A stretch of DNA of 64,000 nucleotides from Chrysemys picta bellii (GCF_011386835.1 NC_088796.1:31620001-31684000); one strand, 5' to 3'; numbered from the stretch's first letter, positions 10,171 through 23,056 are shown. A program made the numbers and translations. The notes: generated by a model not told the origin, from the sequence alone.

Positions 10171-11258
10171 TATGACATTCCAGACCAGTGATGTGTTGTG
10201 TCACCCTTGCCCTGAAGCGTTTGGTGCCTCTTAATGCTTTGCTACTGTAGCTCCCACCTGGGCCACTCACAAACAGCTGGCTTCCACCATCCTGGTTAGC
10301 CACTTATAGGGTGACCCCAACACTCCCAGCCCCAAATTTTCCCCCAAAACATGTGTTCTGCACTGTCCAGCCCTCTCATGGACAGTTCAGATATTTTAAG
10401 TCCATTGCCCTTCTAAAGGGATCAAGACCCCAAAGTTTGGTACTTCAAATGGAGTTACCACACAGCCCAGTTTAACCACAACTCTGGACTAGTTTTAGTT
10501 AAAGAATTAAACAAGTTTTAGTACTAAGAAGCATTTTATCTTTATTTATCTTGTAACCATTTCTGCCTTTAATGCCTGTACTTGTACTCACTCAAAACCT
10601 ACTTCTTTGTACTTAAATAAACTTAACAAACTAGACTTGTTTCAAAGTCAAATCCTTTACATGTTCCCAGTAAATTTGCTGTCCAAATTCTCAGGTTAGG
10701 ATCTGCTTCCAAATTCTAAAGATTGTTTTTTTTTGTCTTCTTAGGTGAAAGAAAGATAGACAGATAGTGAGAGATACCACGGGGTGTTTTCGCTCCTCAC
10801 TTTATAGTTCAGTTGCCCTTTGAAATGAATTTTCCTGAGTGTAATCCCTAGATAAAGTTCATTCCCGCTGTGAGGTTAGCGTCATGGAGTCTCATGTTGA
10901 AAGAGGTTCCACACTGTTGTTTGCTAAGATGCAGATCTGTTTGTTCCTGCCCCGTTTCTTTGCTGAAGAATGGCCACTGGATAGGTGATTGCCCATCAAC
11001 TTTGAAGACACCAGGCTAGAGGCATCAGCTTGTCCTTTGTCTTTGAGTTACTGGATTAGCCAGACTTGTCAGGTAAACACATTTCAAACTTACGTTCAGC
11101 TTATGTTTATAACTTTACATATACTGTTACTGTGCACAGTTCACCTTGATATTATTGACCAGTGAATTAGTTTTCAAATGATACCTCACGAGGCATATTT
11201 GTACAAAGATTACTACAATAGTGTGTCGGGTGTGAATACAGGGGAAAATTCGGTCACA
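10171..11258 (-). mobile_element. Solo LTR related to 4442-5744, with an internal 100-bp inversion
   Basis: TATGAC (mutated TGTGAC)...GGTCACA; exact 5-bp TSD GCTTG (10166-10170, 11259-11263). Confidence 0.88.
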
Positions 11259-11318
11259 GCTTGATATACTAGGGTGTGTGTAAATTGGTGTTATGGTCCA
11301 AACCCTTGACCCCAGTGA

Positions 11319-11444
11319 GGCCGCATTTACCCACTGCAGCTCTTTCTCTTTGGCTTACAGCGGCTCCACCACAAGTGCTACAGCGGCACGCAGCTGCATC
11401 AGTTCAGCTGCGCCCGCTGTAAATGCCGTCGTGTAGATGTAGCC
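11319..11444. mobile_element. PIF/Harbinger-type MITE
   Basis: GGCCGCATTTAC...GTGTAGATGTAGCC termini resemble the GGCTA(T/C)GTCTACAC family; internally palindromic and CpG-retaining. Confidence 0.6.
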
Positions 11445-13829
11445 TATAAATATATATTCCTTGTGCTTACTAGGGCAGATCACTCCCAACATGAAGGTAT
11501 CTGCAAAACTTCTTAAGCATCTTCCTAAATAAATGCTCATCCTGGTACTGGATTGGAGGCTAGGAATGTCTTGAGCTCAAGTCTAACGACCATCCATCTG
11601 GTTTTATGTCTCACCTTTCAGAAGAATGTTTACACTGGATCCTGCCTTCCACCTTAGCATTCTGATAGCGAGGGTAACGATGAATAGCACCTGGGCTATG
11701 GGTCACTCTACCACAGTGATGGTCTCTTCTAAACCAGCTATATTCATTTTCCATTGACATTTTAAAACTGATTTATTTAACTAATACAGGCCATCAGCAA
11801 ATAGCTATGCCAAGCTTGGGAGAGAGCCCCATGAAGGAAAGGAGTAAATATAACTCAATAGTAGAAGTTATAAATCATCACATAGAAAATGCCTCTTCTG
11901 CCCCCAAAACTGCTGTATTGCTACTCTGACTGCCTTGCCAGCTATAACAGGTCCTTATTAGCCTTATTAGCCTTACTAAGATTGGTTAAGATCCAGGTAC
12001 CAGAGAATGGAGGAACAAAGGAATGTTGAATTGGAGTTCTCAAGTTATAACTTTGAAGCCATATATTTCTTTCTCCCACTTCGGACTATTCCTTCACCAG
12101 GACTTTCCTAGCCAGATCAGCCAGTAGTGACTTCCTCCCACTGGAGTCAAGTATTTACTACTTGCTTGCCTGAGGAATGAAGGTCTGAAATCAGGATTTG
12201 ACCTTGGGTCCTCTGCCAGCAGCGAGATGTGTTACTACTAACCACAGAGTCAGACAAAAAGTAAAGCTGGATAAATGATGGTCAATGAATCTAATCTGTT
12301 TTATAATTTTATCTAAAGGGTAATGATGATGTACACAGTAAGAAGTCTCCAAAAATTCTGCTGAGCTGTATGTTTCAGCTTGACACTATTTCTCCTTCAA
12401 ACTAGTATTTGTATAATGCAAGTCCATTCTTACAACTGTGATGAATGATGTCAGATGATAATGAAATCATTTAGCGGCTCTGTTAGAGCTCCTAAAAAAC
12501 ATTATCAAATATGGCATGTGGCCATATGTTAGGTTGTATGGCCAAAATGCATTTAATACAAAGCACTAAAGTACTGGGGTGCATAAGGAACTATAAGCAC
12601 TTAGTCTTTATAAATCTTAGTTTGTGCATGCTCTTTAAACAGGAGTGATAAATACAACTTCTTAGCTTGGGAACAATAAAATATGTTACCAACATGAACA
12701 ATTTCTGGTTTTCACTTTTATGTCTGTGAAACAAACAGTACAGAAAGCTGTAATGCTAACATATCCCTTTTCAACGTTAGTCTAGGAGAGGTGATTATCT
12801 GGGGATGTGGTATGATTCTTTCTTCATTTTCTATTGGTCTTTGAGCATGGGCTATCATTTAACCTGAGATGTGAGCCACTAGGGATTGTAGATACCACCA
12901 AAGTATATACTATAGCTTGTAATACTCAGGTTTCTATTTCAAGAGCCTTACACAATGAGAGCATGTCCTTTCCTCAGTCTTTATGTTTATTAGTTGGAAG
13001 GAAAGCATAGATGTGATCCATAAAGAAAAGCATCCGTTTAATGCATATTGGCATGTCTATGATGCTTAAGTAACTGCAAATTTTTACATGGGAATGAAAC
13101 AAAAGCAAAGAGGAAAATTGCCTGTTTTTTCCCATAGAAAGATTGGCCCCAGATGTCACCATGAGGAACACACATGGGATCTATTCAAATAAATCCTACT
13201 TGTTGTCATGTGGTATCATCTCCCAAGGTAGCAACAAAATAGTGATACATAAGACAGCTGCCACCAAGCTGGTCTTTGCATATATGAGTCCCCTGATTTC
13301 TTTTCCTTATTTCTCGGTTTACAATCTATATGTATATATAGAAAAAAATGAGAATGCTAATACAAATGGCTAATATTAAAAAAGTGATCATTAACTGTTT
13401 GGAGCTGGTAGCCAAGTGATAAAAGTAAATGGGTCTGTTTATTTTAAACACATGCTTGTCTGAAAGCATTGTAAAAAGTATATTCTCCTTGCCTGCTGCT
13501 GAGCACATTGATTTAGCCAGATGCTCCATGTGGCTCAGAGGTAGCATAATTACCATATGTTTTATAATCATAACTTTCATGACATTTTTATACTAATATG
13601 AAAGTAGGATAAATACGGAGCTAAAACACATATACATTAAAAAAGGTCCTATTCTAGCCTAATGTTTCCTACATAAAAATACGTGTTGCCTTCTGTGATA
13701 CACAAGCCCTGAAATGTATTTGATTTATTTGTATGTATTATTCACTAACAGGCATTTATTTTTATTCATTATGATCATCATCATCATATCTGAGCCCTCT
13801 GCAGACATGACTGCAGTAAGCCTGACAAA

Positions 13830-13920
13830 ACCCTTGTGAGATAGGGTGTGTTATTATTTATCCCCATTTTACAAATTGAGAAAGTAAGGCACAGAGAGAT
13901 GAAATGCCCAAGGTCACACA
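13830..13920 (-). mobile_element. MIR/CORE-SINE fragment
   Basis: TATCCCCATTTTACAAATTGAGAAAGTAAGGCACAGAGAGATGAAATGCCCAAGGTCACACA matches the reverse CORE domain. Confidence 0.8.
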
Positions 13921-14378
13921 CATGGAAAATCATGGATGCCAGTTACATACTGGGCCAACTTATCCAGAAGAGCCAAATGTAGGCATGCAGGGAGGATGAT
14001 GAGGATGCATATATTCAGGAGAGGGCACATAGAACAGTTCTCCAAAGTACACCCATGAGGTCTTTGTGACTGGGACTGTCTTTTTGTTCTGCGTATGTTC
14101 ATCATCTAGTACAGTGGTGCCCTGATCCTAGGCTCTACCACAATGCAATACTAATTAATAGTAATAAGGCCATTCTAACAAGGAATGAAGTGGGCAGTCT
14201 TTCCAATGTCTAACAGGAGAAGCAAGCTGAGGTCCCAGGAAGTGCACTGGGACCCTGGCACTCTGGTCACATGTCTGGAGTTCCCACATGGGTTTGTACT
14301 TGAACCTACACCCTGAGGGTGCCTGATCTGATCATCAGTCAGTGGTATGGCCTTCTCTGATGTTTCACAGAGGTCTGA

Positions 14379-14466
14379 GGGCCAGACCCTCAAAGATATT
14401 TTTATGACTAACTCCCAGTGAAATCAATGGGAGTTAGGGACTTCAGTATCTTTGAGGATCTGGGTC
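14379..14466. mobile_element. Short palindromic MITE
   Basis: GGGCCAGACCCTCAAAGATA...TATCTTTGAGGATCTGGGTC arms around AACTCCCAGTGAAATCAATGGGAGTT. Confidence 0.65.
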
Positions 14467-15112
14467 TGTGTTCCTTTTGTAAAACTGCATGCTAAATATT
14501 CAAAATGGGGATGAAGCTTATAGGATCCACCAAGAAATCAATTACTAGTCGCCATCAGTTCCCAAGCTACATAATTATTATTTTGACTCAAAAGGTAGGA
14601 GGAAGGAAAGCAGAGAGGAGAAGCACCAAGATTTTCCTCAGAGAAACAGAGTCATATGGTGTTCTCCTGAGCCCATGGAGGTAAATTGTATCAACCAGTG
14701 GATTATAGCCAATGCTATGTGACTTCAACCATGTAACCATTCACAGCCAACTCAGATAGTATTCAAACATTCATTGGGAAAAAGAATTGTCTTTTTACAT
14801 GCATCTAGATGGAGGGAAAATGCTTCAACTGAATTTTTCTTTGCTTGAAAAATGTGGTAAAATGGAAAAGGGCATTTTAATGGAAGCTCTGCAAACTCAA
14901 CAAGGAAGAATTTCTGAGCCCTTTTATTTCAAGCTGAATATATTTTGCCCAGCACAGCTTGTGTATCAGATTTGCTCAGCTTATAAATCAAAAGGTTATT
15001 CTCCTGCCACTGGCACAGAAAATTCTGCAAAGTGTCTGAAAGGCATGCTGTGTTTTATTCTGTCTCTGACCACTTCCTCAGCAAGAAAGATTCTACCATC
15101 AGAGTGTAGATG

Positions 15113-15625
15113 ATGGATCAAATGTTCAAATGCACCTAAGTGATTTAGGAGCTTAAGTTCCATTTTCAAAAGTCACCTAGACACTTATCTGGCTTTCAGT
15201 GATGCTTTTGGTGTGTCTTCACTGAATAGTGGGATGTGATTGGAGCTGGTGTAGCCAGACCTGAGCTAACTTGGGTGCCAGAGTAATGAAGCTGCAGAAT
15301 CTTTGACTAGCCACCCAACTAAATACACCCAGTTCCAGAAAGGCTTGTATCCATGGTGCCACAGCTTCACTGCTCAGTATCTGGAAGATCTAGCTCAAAG
15401 CTAACTTGGATATGTCTATACAAGTTTAGGCTTATAGAGGATGGATTTTTTTTAAGGCATTTAGGTGCCTAAACATACAGATAGTGCCTGGTGGGATTTT
15501 CAAAGGCACTTATCTGTATCTTTAGGTGCTTAAATACCTTTAAAAATCTGGCCCTAAATGCCCAAGTCACTTTTGAAAATGGGTCTTAGACTCCAATATC
15601 ACTATCACTTTTGAAAATGTTGCCT
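15113..15625. mobile_element. Stack of nested palindromic MITEs
   Basis: Outer TTTTCAAAAGTCAC / GTCACTTTTGAAAA-type element enclosing a Harbinger-like element and a ...TTTAGGTGCCTAAA...AAAATCTGGCCC element. Boundaries are approximate. Confidence 0.5.
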
Positions 15626-15871
15626 GATATTTCTATAAGTGATCTGTTGGAGATTATAGAATCCAGCTCACTCTTTCATAGATGTACCGTTGCTAAAATT
15701 TATCTGGAAACCTGCTCTTGCATTCCTTGTGCCCTCAGAACTCTTACTGGGGTTTATGGAAGATGTGGCAAGATACAGGTTTGGGGCATTTGTCATTACA
15801 CTAGCAGATTTATTATAAACTCCTTCTCAACCTTAGCTAAATTATAATAGCCATGTTACTGTCTGTTATAT

Positions 15872-16091
15872 CAGTGGTCTCCAAACTTTTTTGATCGTGC
15901 ACCCCCAGCCGTGCCGCAGGGCTGGCTCTACCATTTTTGCCGCCCCAAGCAAAAATAAAATAAAAGGCGCTCGGACTCCCACCCGAACTGCCGAAGTGGT
16001 GCTGCTCCAGCAGCGCTCCTCCTTCCGTGCACCCCGAAGAATCCTCTTGCATACCCCCTGGTGTGCGCACACCTCACTTTGGAGACCACTG
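15872..16091. mobile_element. Non-autonomous hAT MITE
   Basis: TIR CAGTGGTCTCCAAA / TTTGGAGACCACTG; exact 8-bp TSD TGTTATAT (15864-15871, 16092-16099). Confidence 0.93.
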
Positions 16092-16157
16092 TGTTATATA
16101 ATACTTGTATGATTTCACTTGGTTGTTCCATTAAATCTTACTTTTCCAAATTATGTA

Positions 16158-16345
16158 CACCTCTACCCCGATATAACGCAACCCGATATAACACAAATTC
16201 GGCTATAACGCAGTAAAGCAGTGCTCCGGGGGGCAGGGCTGCGCACTCCGGTGGATCAAAGCAAGTTCGATAGAACGCGGTTTCACCTATAACATGGTAA
16301 GATTTTTTTGGCTCCTGAGGACAGCGTTATATCGAGGGAGAGGTG
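16158..16345 (+). mobile_element. Tc1/mariner (Tigger-like) MITE
   Basis: TA-CACCTCTACCCCGATATAACG...CGTTATATCGAGGGAGAGGTG-TA; TA TSD. A second copy in opposite orientation lies at 25956-26149. Confidence 0.9.
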
Positions 16346-17264
16346 TATATGAAGTGTGTGTTTAAACTTCCTCCTATAAACTATGCAATTAATTTTGGGA
16401 TCAACTATATCGTCTGTTAACATCAATTTATCTCTTTTGTTTTCATATCCAAGAAAGTGCAACACTTTAAGCTGAAACAATACAATACATTGCCCCAAGC
16501 CCAGTCTGTTCTAGTTCACTTCTTATTGGTTTTGTAGTTAAGATTTTGCAGTCTCCATATAATACATTTCCCATCCTACTACTGAAACCCTTGCTTATTA
16601 CTCATTTTATTTGTTGGTCTTAAAAAATTGACTTTACAGCTGTTTTCTCTAGATTATTTCCACACATGTGGGAAAGAAAGGGTCTCTGAGCACTGACTGC
16701 TTTGGGATACAACAAGTTCTGAGTCTCTACTATTCCTCTTACCTACTCCTTCTGTTTTGTGTCCACCTGCTATGCTGTACTTGTGCTCAATTTAGCATAA
16801 TCACGATAATAAATAAACATAATAAATTAATATGGCATCATCAAGAAATTGCAAACCTAGACCAAGAAGAACAGTCAACTGTTGTCAAAATTAAAGCAAA
16901 GGTATTTAGGTGCCCAAAGATGCAGATAGATAATTAGTGGGATTTACAAAAGCACATAAAAAAGATTCAGCACCTAACTCCTTTGGGCTCTTGTCTCATT
17001 CTTGCTCTACTGTGAACTAACGCACTTACCACTATTTCCTGTATAGCTTAATTTCTAAATCTATGCTGATTTCAGAAAGCTGTTGTGATATATAGTGGTT
17101 AACTCTGTAAGGTCCCACAACATCAGCTGCAACACATTTTAAATGTAGGAATTGTACAATTGTTCCAGGGGAAAACAAATCATGTCTGGTTGTAACAGAC
17201 TCAATGCACTTATTTCACTTTCGTTCTCCAACGTTTTGGATAATTTTGGGGAGGAGGGTTTTCT

Positions 17265-17567
17265 GAGAGCATACGGCTCTTTAGCAGAAAAAAAAGTAAA
17301 ACAGGAGCCAATGACTGGATGCTGAAGCCAGGCAAATTCAGACTGGAAATTAAGCTCACATTTTTAACAGTGAGAATAATTAGCCATGGAAACAATTTAC
17401 CTACAGCTGTGATAGATTCTCCATCAATTGCTGTCGTTAAGCCAAGACTGGATATCTTTCTAAAAGACAGGTGCTGGCTCAAACAGACACTGGGTGAAAT
17501 TCTATGGCCTGTGTTAAACGGGTGGTCCCAATGGTCCCTTCTAGCTTTAAAATATCTGAATCTCTGA
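17265..17567 (+). mobile_element. CR1 LINE 3' fragment
   Basis: CTGAAGCCAGGCAAATTCAGACTGGAAATT...TTTTTAACAGTGAG...GGTCCCTTCTAGCTTTAAAATATCTGAATCTCTGA. Confidence 0.85.
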
Positions 17568-19010
17568 ATTATACATTTGTAATTTGCAAGCTAATTATGC
17601 ACATGCTAAGGACCAGACTTCCAAACCTTTACCCAAACAGATATTCCTGTTGGATTCAATGGGACTACTTATGTGAGTAAAGACTATTTGCCTGTACAAG
17701 GATTCACAAGTCGGGTATTTGGCACTTAATTTAGGCCCTGATTCATTCTGAAGCTTAAGCACAAGTCTAGTTTTAAGCATGGCAGTATTTCCATTGAACT
17801 CATTGCAACTGCTTCCCTGTTTAATGATCAGCCCCTGCTTAACTACCTTGATGAATAGGGACCTTGGCTATGGATAACTGGATTTTTCTTTCATGTGAGG
17901 TTTCATTCACGTACAATACTATCCCTTTCCCCAGTTATAAACTGACTCTGAATGCTAACTTTAGTATCAGTTTTACCTAACCCCTTTCAGATGTCATCGC
18001 CACCCCCCAGGAGCATTTTTCTTTCATATTTGAGATGTGGTAGTAAGAATGATTTCTGCTGAATGAAAAAATGATTCATACTTGTTTTGTTACAGTCTGT
18101 GCTTTACATCTAGTTTTAAATCGTTTGCCTATTAATCAGTTTCGGGGTGGGCCCTAAAGAGGGGAATCTGACAGAGCGACAAGCAAGTATGTAGCAGTTG
18201 TGTGTGTAAATTGCTATGGGGATTCAACAGTTGGGTTCCCCCACAGTAGTCTGACAATGTCCAGCTGGGGGCACTGGACTGGAGCTGTGACAGTATGGCT
18301 GTCCGTCCACTGGGATTTAAGCAGAGGTGGATTAAGCTATTCTTTTTCACAAAACAAGTGAACTGACCTACTCAGTTTGTTCTTCGGTCTTCTGGATTGT
18401 TCCTATTTAGCAATAGATATATGCTTACATTTTTAATTTATGTCTCAGACAGCCCAATACTATTCTGGCTCCATGCACCACTGCTTATGCCTTGTCCTTC
18501 AGTTTTATTCTGAGAGTCGTTCTTAAGCATCCCATTTCCTTTGACATCATCAGACTCCATTGTCAAAGACTACAGAGATCGCTTCAATATTTATAATGTG
18601 AGCTTTCTGAATAAGCTTCCACATTACACTTAGAACAAGCCCCAGGGCTGGCACTAAATCAAGGAGAAGTTTGCTTTCTTTACCTTTCGAAAGCAGTGTG
18701 TTCTCTGTAAATCAGCCTTCTCATTATTATATGCTGTCAGTGTCACTGACTTATGCAGCAATTTTGGATGTCTCTGTAGTGACCTCAAAATTTTTGCTGG
18801 TATTTTATTTGCTTCAGATTCACTGTCTAATAAAGCTGGCTGCTGTACAATTTGCATCCGTATTTGTTGACCAGTTTTCTACACAGTGCATCTTTACAGT
18901 GAACCAGTTCAGCAAAGAATTCCATGTTGCTCCTAACCCTGCAAAAGGTTGAATCTTTTGTTGCATATAACCAAGATGCTTTCAATTAACATACATTTAA
19001 CCAAAAAACC

Positions 19011-19658
19011 AAACAGCAACATTTCAGGTCTACTCCATCTGATAAGGACACCGAGAGAATGGACTCATTTGGCCGCAAAGTATATTCTTCTTCCACCGTA
19101 CAATTCAGGGTAATGAACCACTCAGCTCTACTAGCTAAGTACGACCACAGGAACTATGGTAAATTCACGGAATTTATTAATGACATTCCTGAAGACCAGT
19201 GACAACCATTTAAAGCCATAGTCTCGGAGCAGCAGATGATCCCGTATGGCTCTTCAAGCCACGCTTGATGCTGCTGACGTGGCTGCCAGATCCACCACTA
19301 CTGCCGTGGTCATGCAGTGAGCCTCATGGTTCGGCTCCTCCTCGTTCCCACGGGAGATACAGAACATCATTGAAGATCTCCCTAACGATGGTAAGAAGCT
19401 GTTTGCAGTGAAGATGAAAGAGGTCCCCCATACCGTGAAGGACTCGCATGCCACACTAAGGTTCTTTGGCATCACAAGGCCACAAGGAGGACACAATACA
19501 GATATCAGCCTTACCAGCGCCTAAGATATCCTGCGTACACCCAACAACAACATCAAAGACACTATGATCAGCAACAGTGCCATAGAAATAGAACCCAACG
19601 ATGATGCCCCCCACCATCAGCAGTGTCTCAACCCCCTCCATCGAAAAAGCAGATTTGA
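19011..19658 (+). pseudogene. DIRS gag-like ORF1 C-terminal part (LAP2alpha-type domain), disrupted
   Basis: Manual translation: KQQHFRSTPSDKDTERMDSFGRKVYSSSTVQFRVMNHSALLAKYD...ALQATLDAADVAARSTTTAVVMQ*ASWFGSSSFPREIQNIIEDLP. This is the DIRS gag region known to be homologous to the mammalian LAP2alpha C-terminal domain. Confidence 0.75.
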
Positions 19659-20137
19659 AGCATTGGTCAAGGGTATAGAAAACCTCCCACCCACTCCAGT
19701 GCTTACTACAACCATCCATCCTTTTGGACACTGTCTGCTCCCATTCTTCACCAACTGGGAAGCTATCACTATGTACAGATGGGCCCAAAAATCATGTGAT
19801 CGGGCTATATCATCCCATTCCTATTCATGCCCCCCCCATCCCCCATCCCTCTTCAGGGACCCTCTCACAACCACTTGCTCCATCAAGAGGTGCAACATCT
19901 TATACAACTAGGAGCAGTGAAGACAGTAACCACTCAACACAGAGGGAAGGGGTTTTATTCCCACTATTTCTTGACAGAAAAGTGGGGGGTGGCGACCTAT
20001 TCTCGATCTTCAATGACTAAACAGGTTTGTCAAGAAACAGAAATTCAGGATGGTTACCTTGTCACCAATAATACTAGTGCTGGAGCAGGGAGATTGGTTT
20101 TCAGCCCTCAACCTGCAGGACGTGTATTTTCACATCA

Positions 20138-20578
20138 ACAGAAAAACTTCAAAAACAGACTCCAACGAGAGACTGCTGAGCTAGAATTGATATGCAAACT
20201 AGACACAATCAACTCCGGTTTGAATAAGGACTGGGAATGGCTGAGCCATTACAAACATTGAATCTATCTCCCCTTGTAAGTATTCTCACACTTCTTAACT
20301 GTCTGTACTGGGCTAACTTGATTATCACTTCAAAAGTTTTTTTTCTCTTAATTAATTGGCCTCTCAGAGTTGGTAAGACAACTCCCACCTGTTTATGCTC
20401 TCTGTATGTGTGTATATATATCTCCTCAATATATGTTCCATTCTATATGCATCCGAAGAAGTGGGCTGTAGTCCACGAAAGCTTATGCTCTAATAAATTT
20501 GTTAGTCTCTAAGGTCCCACAAGTACTCCTGTTCTTCTTTTTGCGGATACAGACTAACACGGCTGCTACTCTGAAACC
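20138..20578 (+). mobile_element. 5'-truncated Penelope-like element (GIY-YIG C-terminus plus pLTR) inserted in the DIRS-B RT
   Basis: Encodes QKNFKNRLQRETAELELICKLDTINSGLNKDWEWLSHYKH*; ends GACTAACACGGCTGCTACTCTGAAACC; 10-bp TSD TTTCACATCA (20128-20137, 20579-20588). Confidence 0.92.
20449..20488 (+). ncRNA. Minimal hammerhead motif with variant core (CCGAAGA)
   Basis: GCAU-CCGAAGA-A-GUGGG(CUGUAG)UCCAC-GAAA-GC-UU-AUGC. Stem I GCAU/AUGC is perfect; core U4 reads C. Confidence 0.65.
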
Positions 20579-22029
20579 TTTCACATCACTATACATCCTG
20601 CCCACAGGCATTTTCTCAGATTCACGTTGGGCGCGGATCATTACCAATACAGGGTTTTACTCTTTGGCCTTTCAATGGCTCCCTGCATCTTTTCCAAATT
20701 TTAGCTGTGGTAACAGCACACCTCAGAAAAAAGGGAATCATTATTTTTCCTTACCTGGACAATTGCTTCCTGAAGTCTCATACTCACTCAGAAGCCACTC
20801 GAGTGACCCAAACAACCATATATTGTTTTCGCGGCTTTGGCCTACAAATAAACATAAACAAATATACTTTACATCCTACCCAGCAACTAGACTTCATTGA
20901 ACCCCACCCCGATTCAGCTACAGGGCTCACATCACTTCCAAGAGACAGATTCCACACAATGAAGATCCTCATAGCAAGAGTATGGAGCAGTCCACAGGTT
21001 ACTGCACAAGATTCCCTACAGCTTCTAGGTCACATGGCTGCATGCAATTTTGTAGTCAAGAACACACCCCTCGAGATGCGATGCCTTCAAGTCTGGCTGT
21101 CCACAGTCTACAAACCGAATGTGCACAGACTGAACAGACTACTAACTATGCCCACAAAGGTCAAGGACTCACTATTATGGTGGACTCTTCCTCCCAACCT
21201 CTGTTCAGGGGTATTCCGACAGGATCCTCCCTTGGTTACAATCATGACGGATGCATCCCTCACCGGCTGGGGAGCACACATGGAACATCTTATGATTCAG
21301 GGCCTCTAGTCCTCCACAGAAGCCACACTTCGTATCAAGCTTCTAGAGCTCCGTGCTGTCCGCAATGCCTGCCTCCACTTTCTCCCACTCATCAAAAACC
21401 ACAGGATCAGGGTTATGATTGACAACATCGCATGTATGTTTTACATAAACAGATGAGGGGGAGCTTGATCCCACTCCTTGTGCACCGAAGCTATGAAAGT
21501 TTGGAACTGGTACCCCCAACAAAATATTCACATCTCAGCCTCATACCTACCAGGTTCTCAGAACACCATGGCAGATGAACTCAGTCGATCCTTTCCCCTA
21601 GAAATAGACAACACCATCCTACATGGCGTTTTTGAGAGCTGGAGCTTTCCCCAACTGGGTCTCTTTGCAACTGCAGTTAACAAGAAATGTCCCACATTCT
21701 GCTCCAGAGCAGGTCTGGGAAAACTTTCTCTGGGAGACGCATTCATGATCACATGGCTGGACACTCTGCTATATGCATTCCCACTGATACCACTGCTGAA
21801 CAGGATGGTACAGAAAATAAGGACAGATAGGTCCAAGGTCATCCTAATAGCTCCATCATGGCCCAGACAGCCGTGGTGCCCATTTCTAACAAGGATGTCC
21901 ACCTGTCCTCCGATCTTGCTTTCCCCTCTCCACAACCTATTACCACAATGCAAGGGCCAGTTACACCACCCCAACATAGCGATGTTCCATCTCAAAGCAT
22001 GGCTCCTCAATGGTTCTCTAGCCAAGAAC

Positions 22030-22990
22030 TAGGATACTCCGAACAAGTTCAAACTGTGTTATTGCACAGCAGAACTCATTCCACATGCACACCCACATGC
22101 AGAAATGGAAAAGGTTCACCGCTTGGTGTGCTGCCAGACACACCCCTCCTGATTCCGCCCGTCTTCCATGGATACTAGACTATCTTCTAGAACTCAAATT
22201 AGCCAGGCTTTCTCTTAGCTCAGTAAAGGTACACCTAGCGGCAATCAGAGTATTCCACCAAAAGGTGGATAACACTACTGTTTTTGCCCATCCTGTCACT
22301 AAAAGATTCCTCAAAGGCATCCAAAGTTGTACTCAGACATAATACCACCTGCTGAGCCATGGGATCTACATCTTGATGCACAAACCCTTTGAACCATTAG
22401 CAACCTGCTCCTTTCTACACCTTTCCATGAAAACCGCATTCTTAGTAGCAATTACATCTGCTAGACGCGTGGGGGAACTTGGAGCGCTAATGGCAGAGCC
22501 TTTTTTAAAGACAAGGTCACTCTTCAAACACATCCTAAATTTCTTCCTAAGGTGCATTCGTCCTTTCATCTAAATGAACCCATCTTCCAAACTTCTTCCC
22601 AAAACCACATGCTAATACATTTGAGGCAACAATGCACATGCTTGATGTTCACAGAGCATTATCCTTCTATCAGGATAGAACTAAGCCATTTAAAGATTCC
22701 CCCAAACTCTTCATTTCTATAGCCCAACAATCTAAGGCAAGGAGATATCCATCCAAAGACTATCTAAATGGATATCAGACTGCATATGCCTGTTACCAGT
22801 TGAAACACGTTCAACCTCCAGCTTCAGTCAAGGCACACTCTACTAGATCCATGTCAACTTCAGTAGCATTTCTCCACAATGTCCCACTTTCAGACATATG
22901 CAGGGCTGCTACCTGGCTTTGGAGCTTACGTTTGCTAAACATTACGTTCTCACACAAGGTCCATCATTGGACACTCGAGTGGGTTGAGCT
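22030..22990 (+). pseudogene. DIRS-B tyrosine recombinase, frameshifted
   Basis: QKWKRFTAWC...SSVKVHLAAI; TSARRVGEL; AHSTR (H 22835-22837); ICRAATW; FAKHY (Y 22943-22945). Confidence 0.92.
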
Positions 22991-23056
22991 GTCTTGTCAA
23001 CAGCTCTCTTACAAGGTCCGAAGTCCCGACCATACAAAGAGATACTGCTCTTAAGT

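Larger units (their letters stand above)
19640..22032 (+). pseudogene. DIRS pol (RT-RNase H-methyltransferase), disrupted
   Basis: DWFSALNLQDVYFHI|TIHPAHRHFLRF; FPYLDN at 20752-20763 (second Asp>Asn); MTDASLTGWGAH; GLFAT and YAFPL...VILIAPSWPRQPW MT motifs in ORF 21478-22032. Confidence 0.9.

Noticed and set aside
15896-16033. Possible second element nested in the hAT MITE (CGTGCACCCC repeated)
   Set aside because: The repeat may just be a subterminal motif of the family; no complete second TIR pair.
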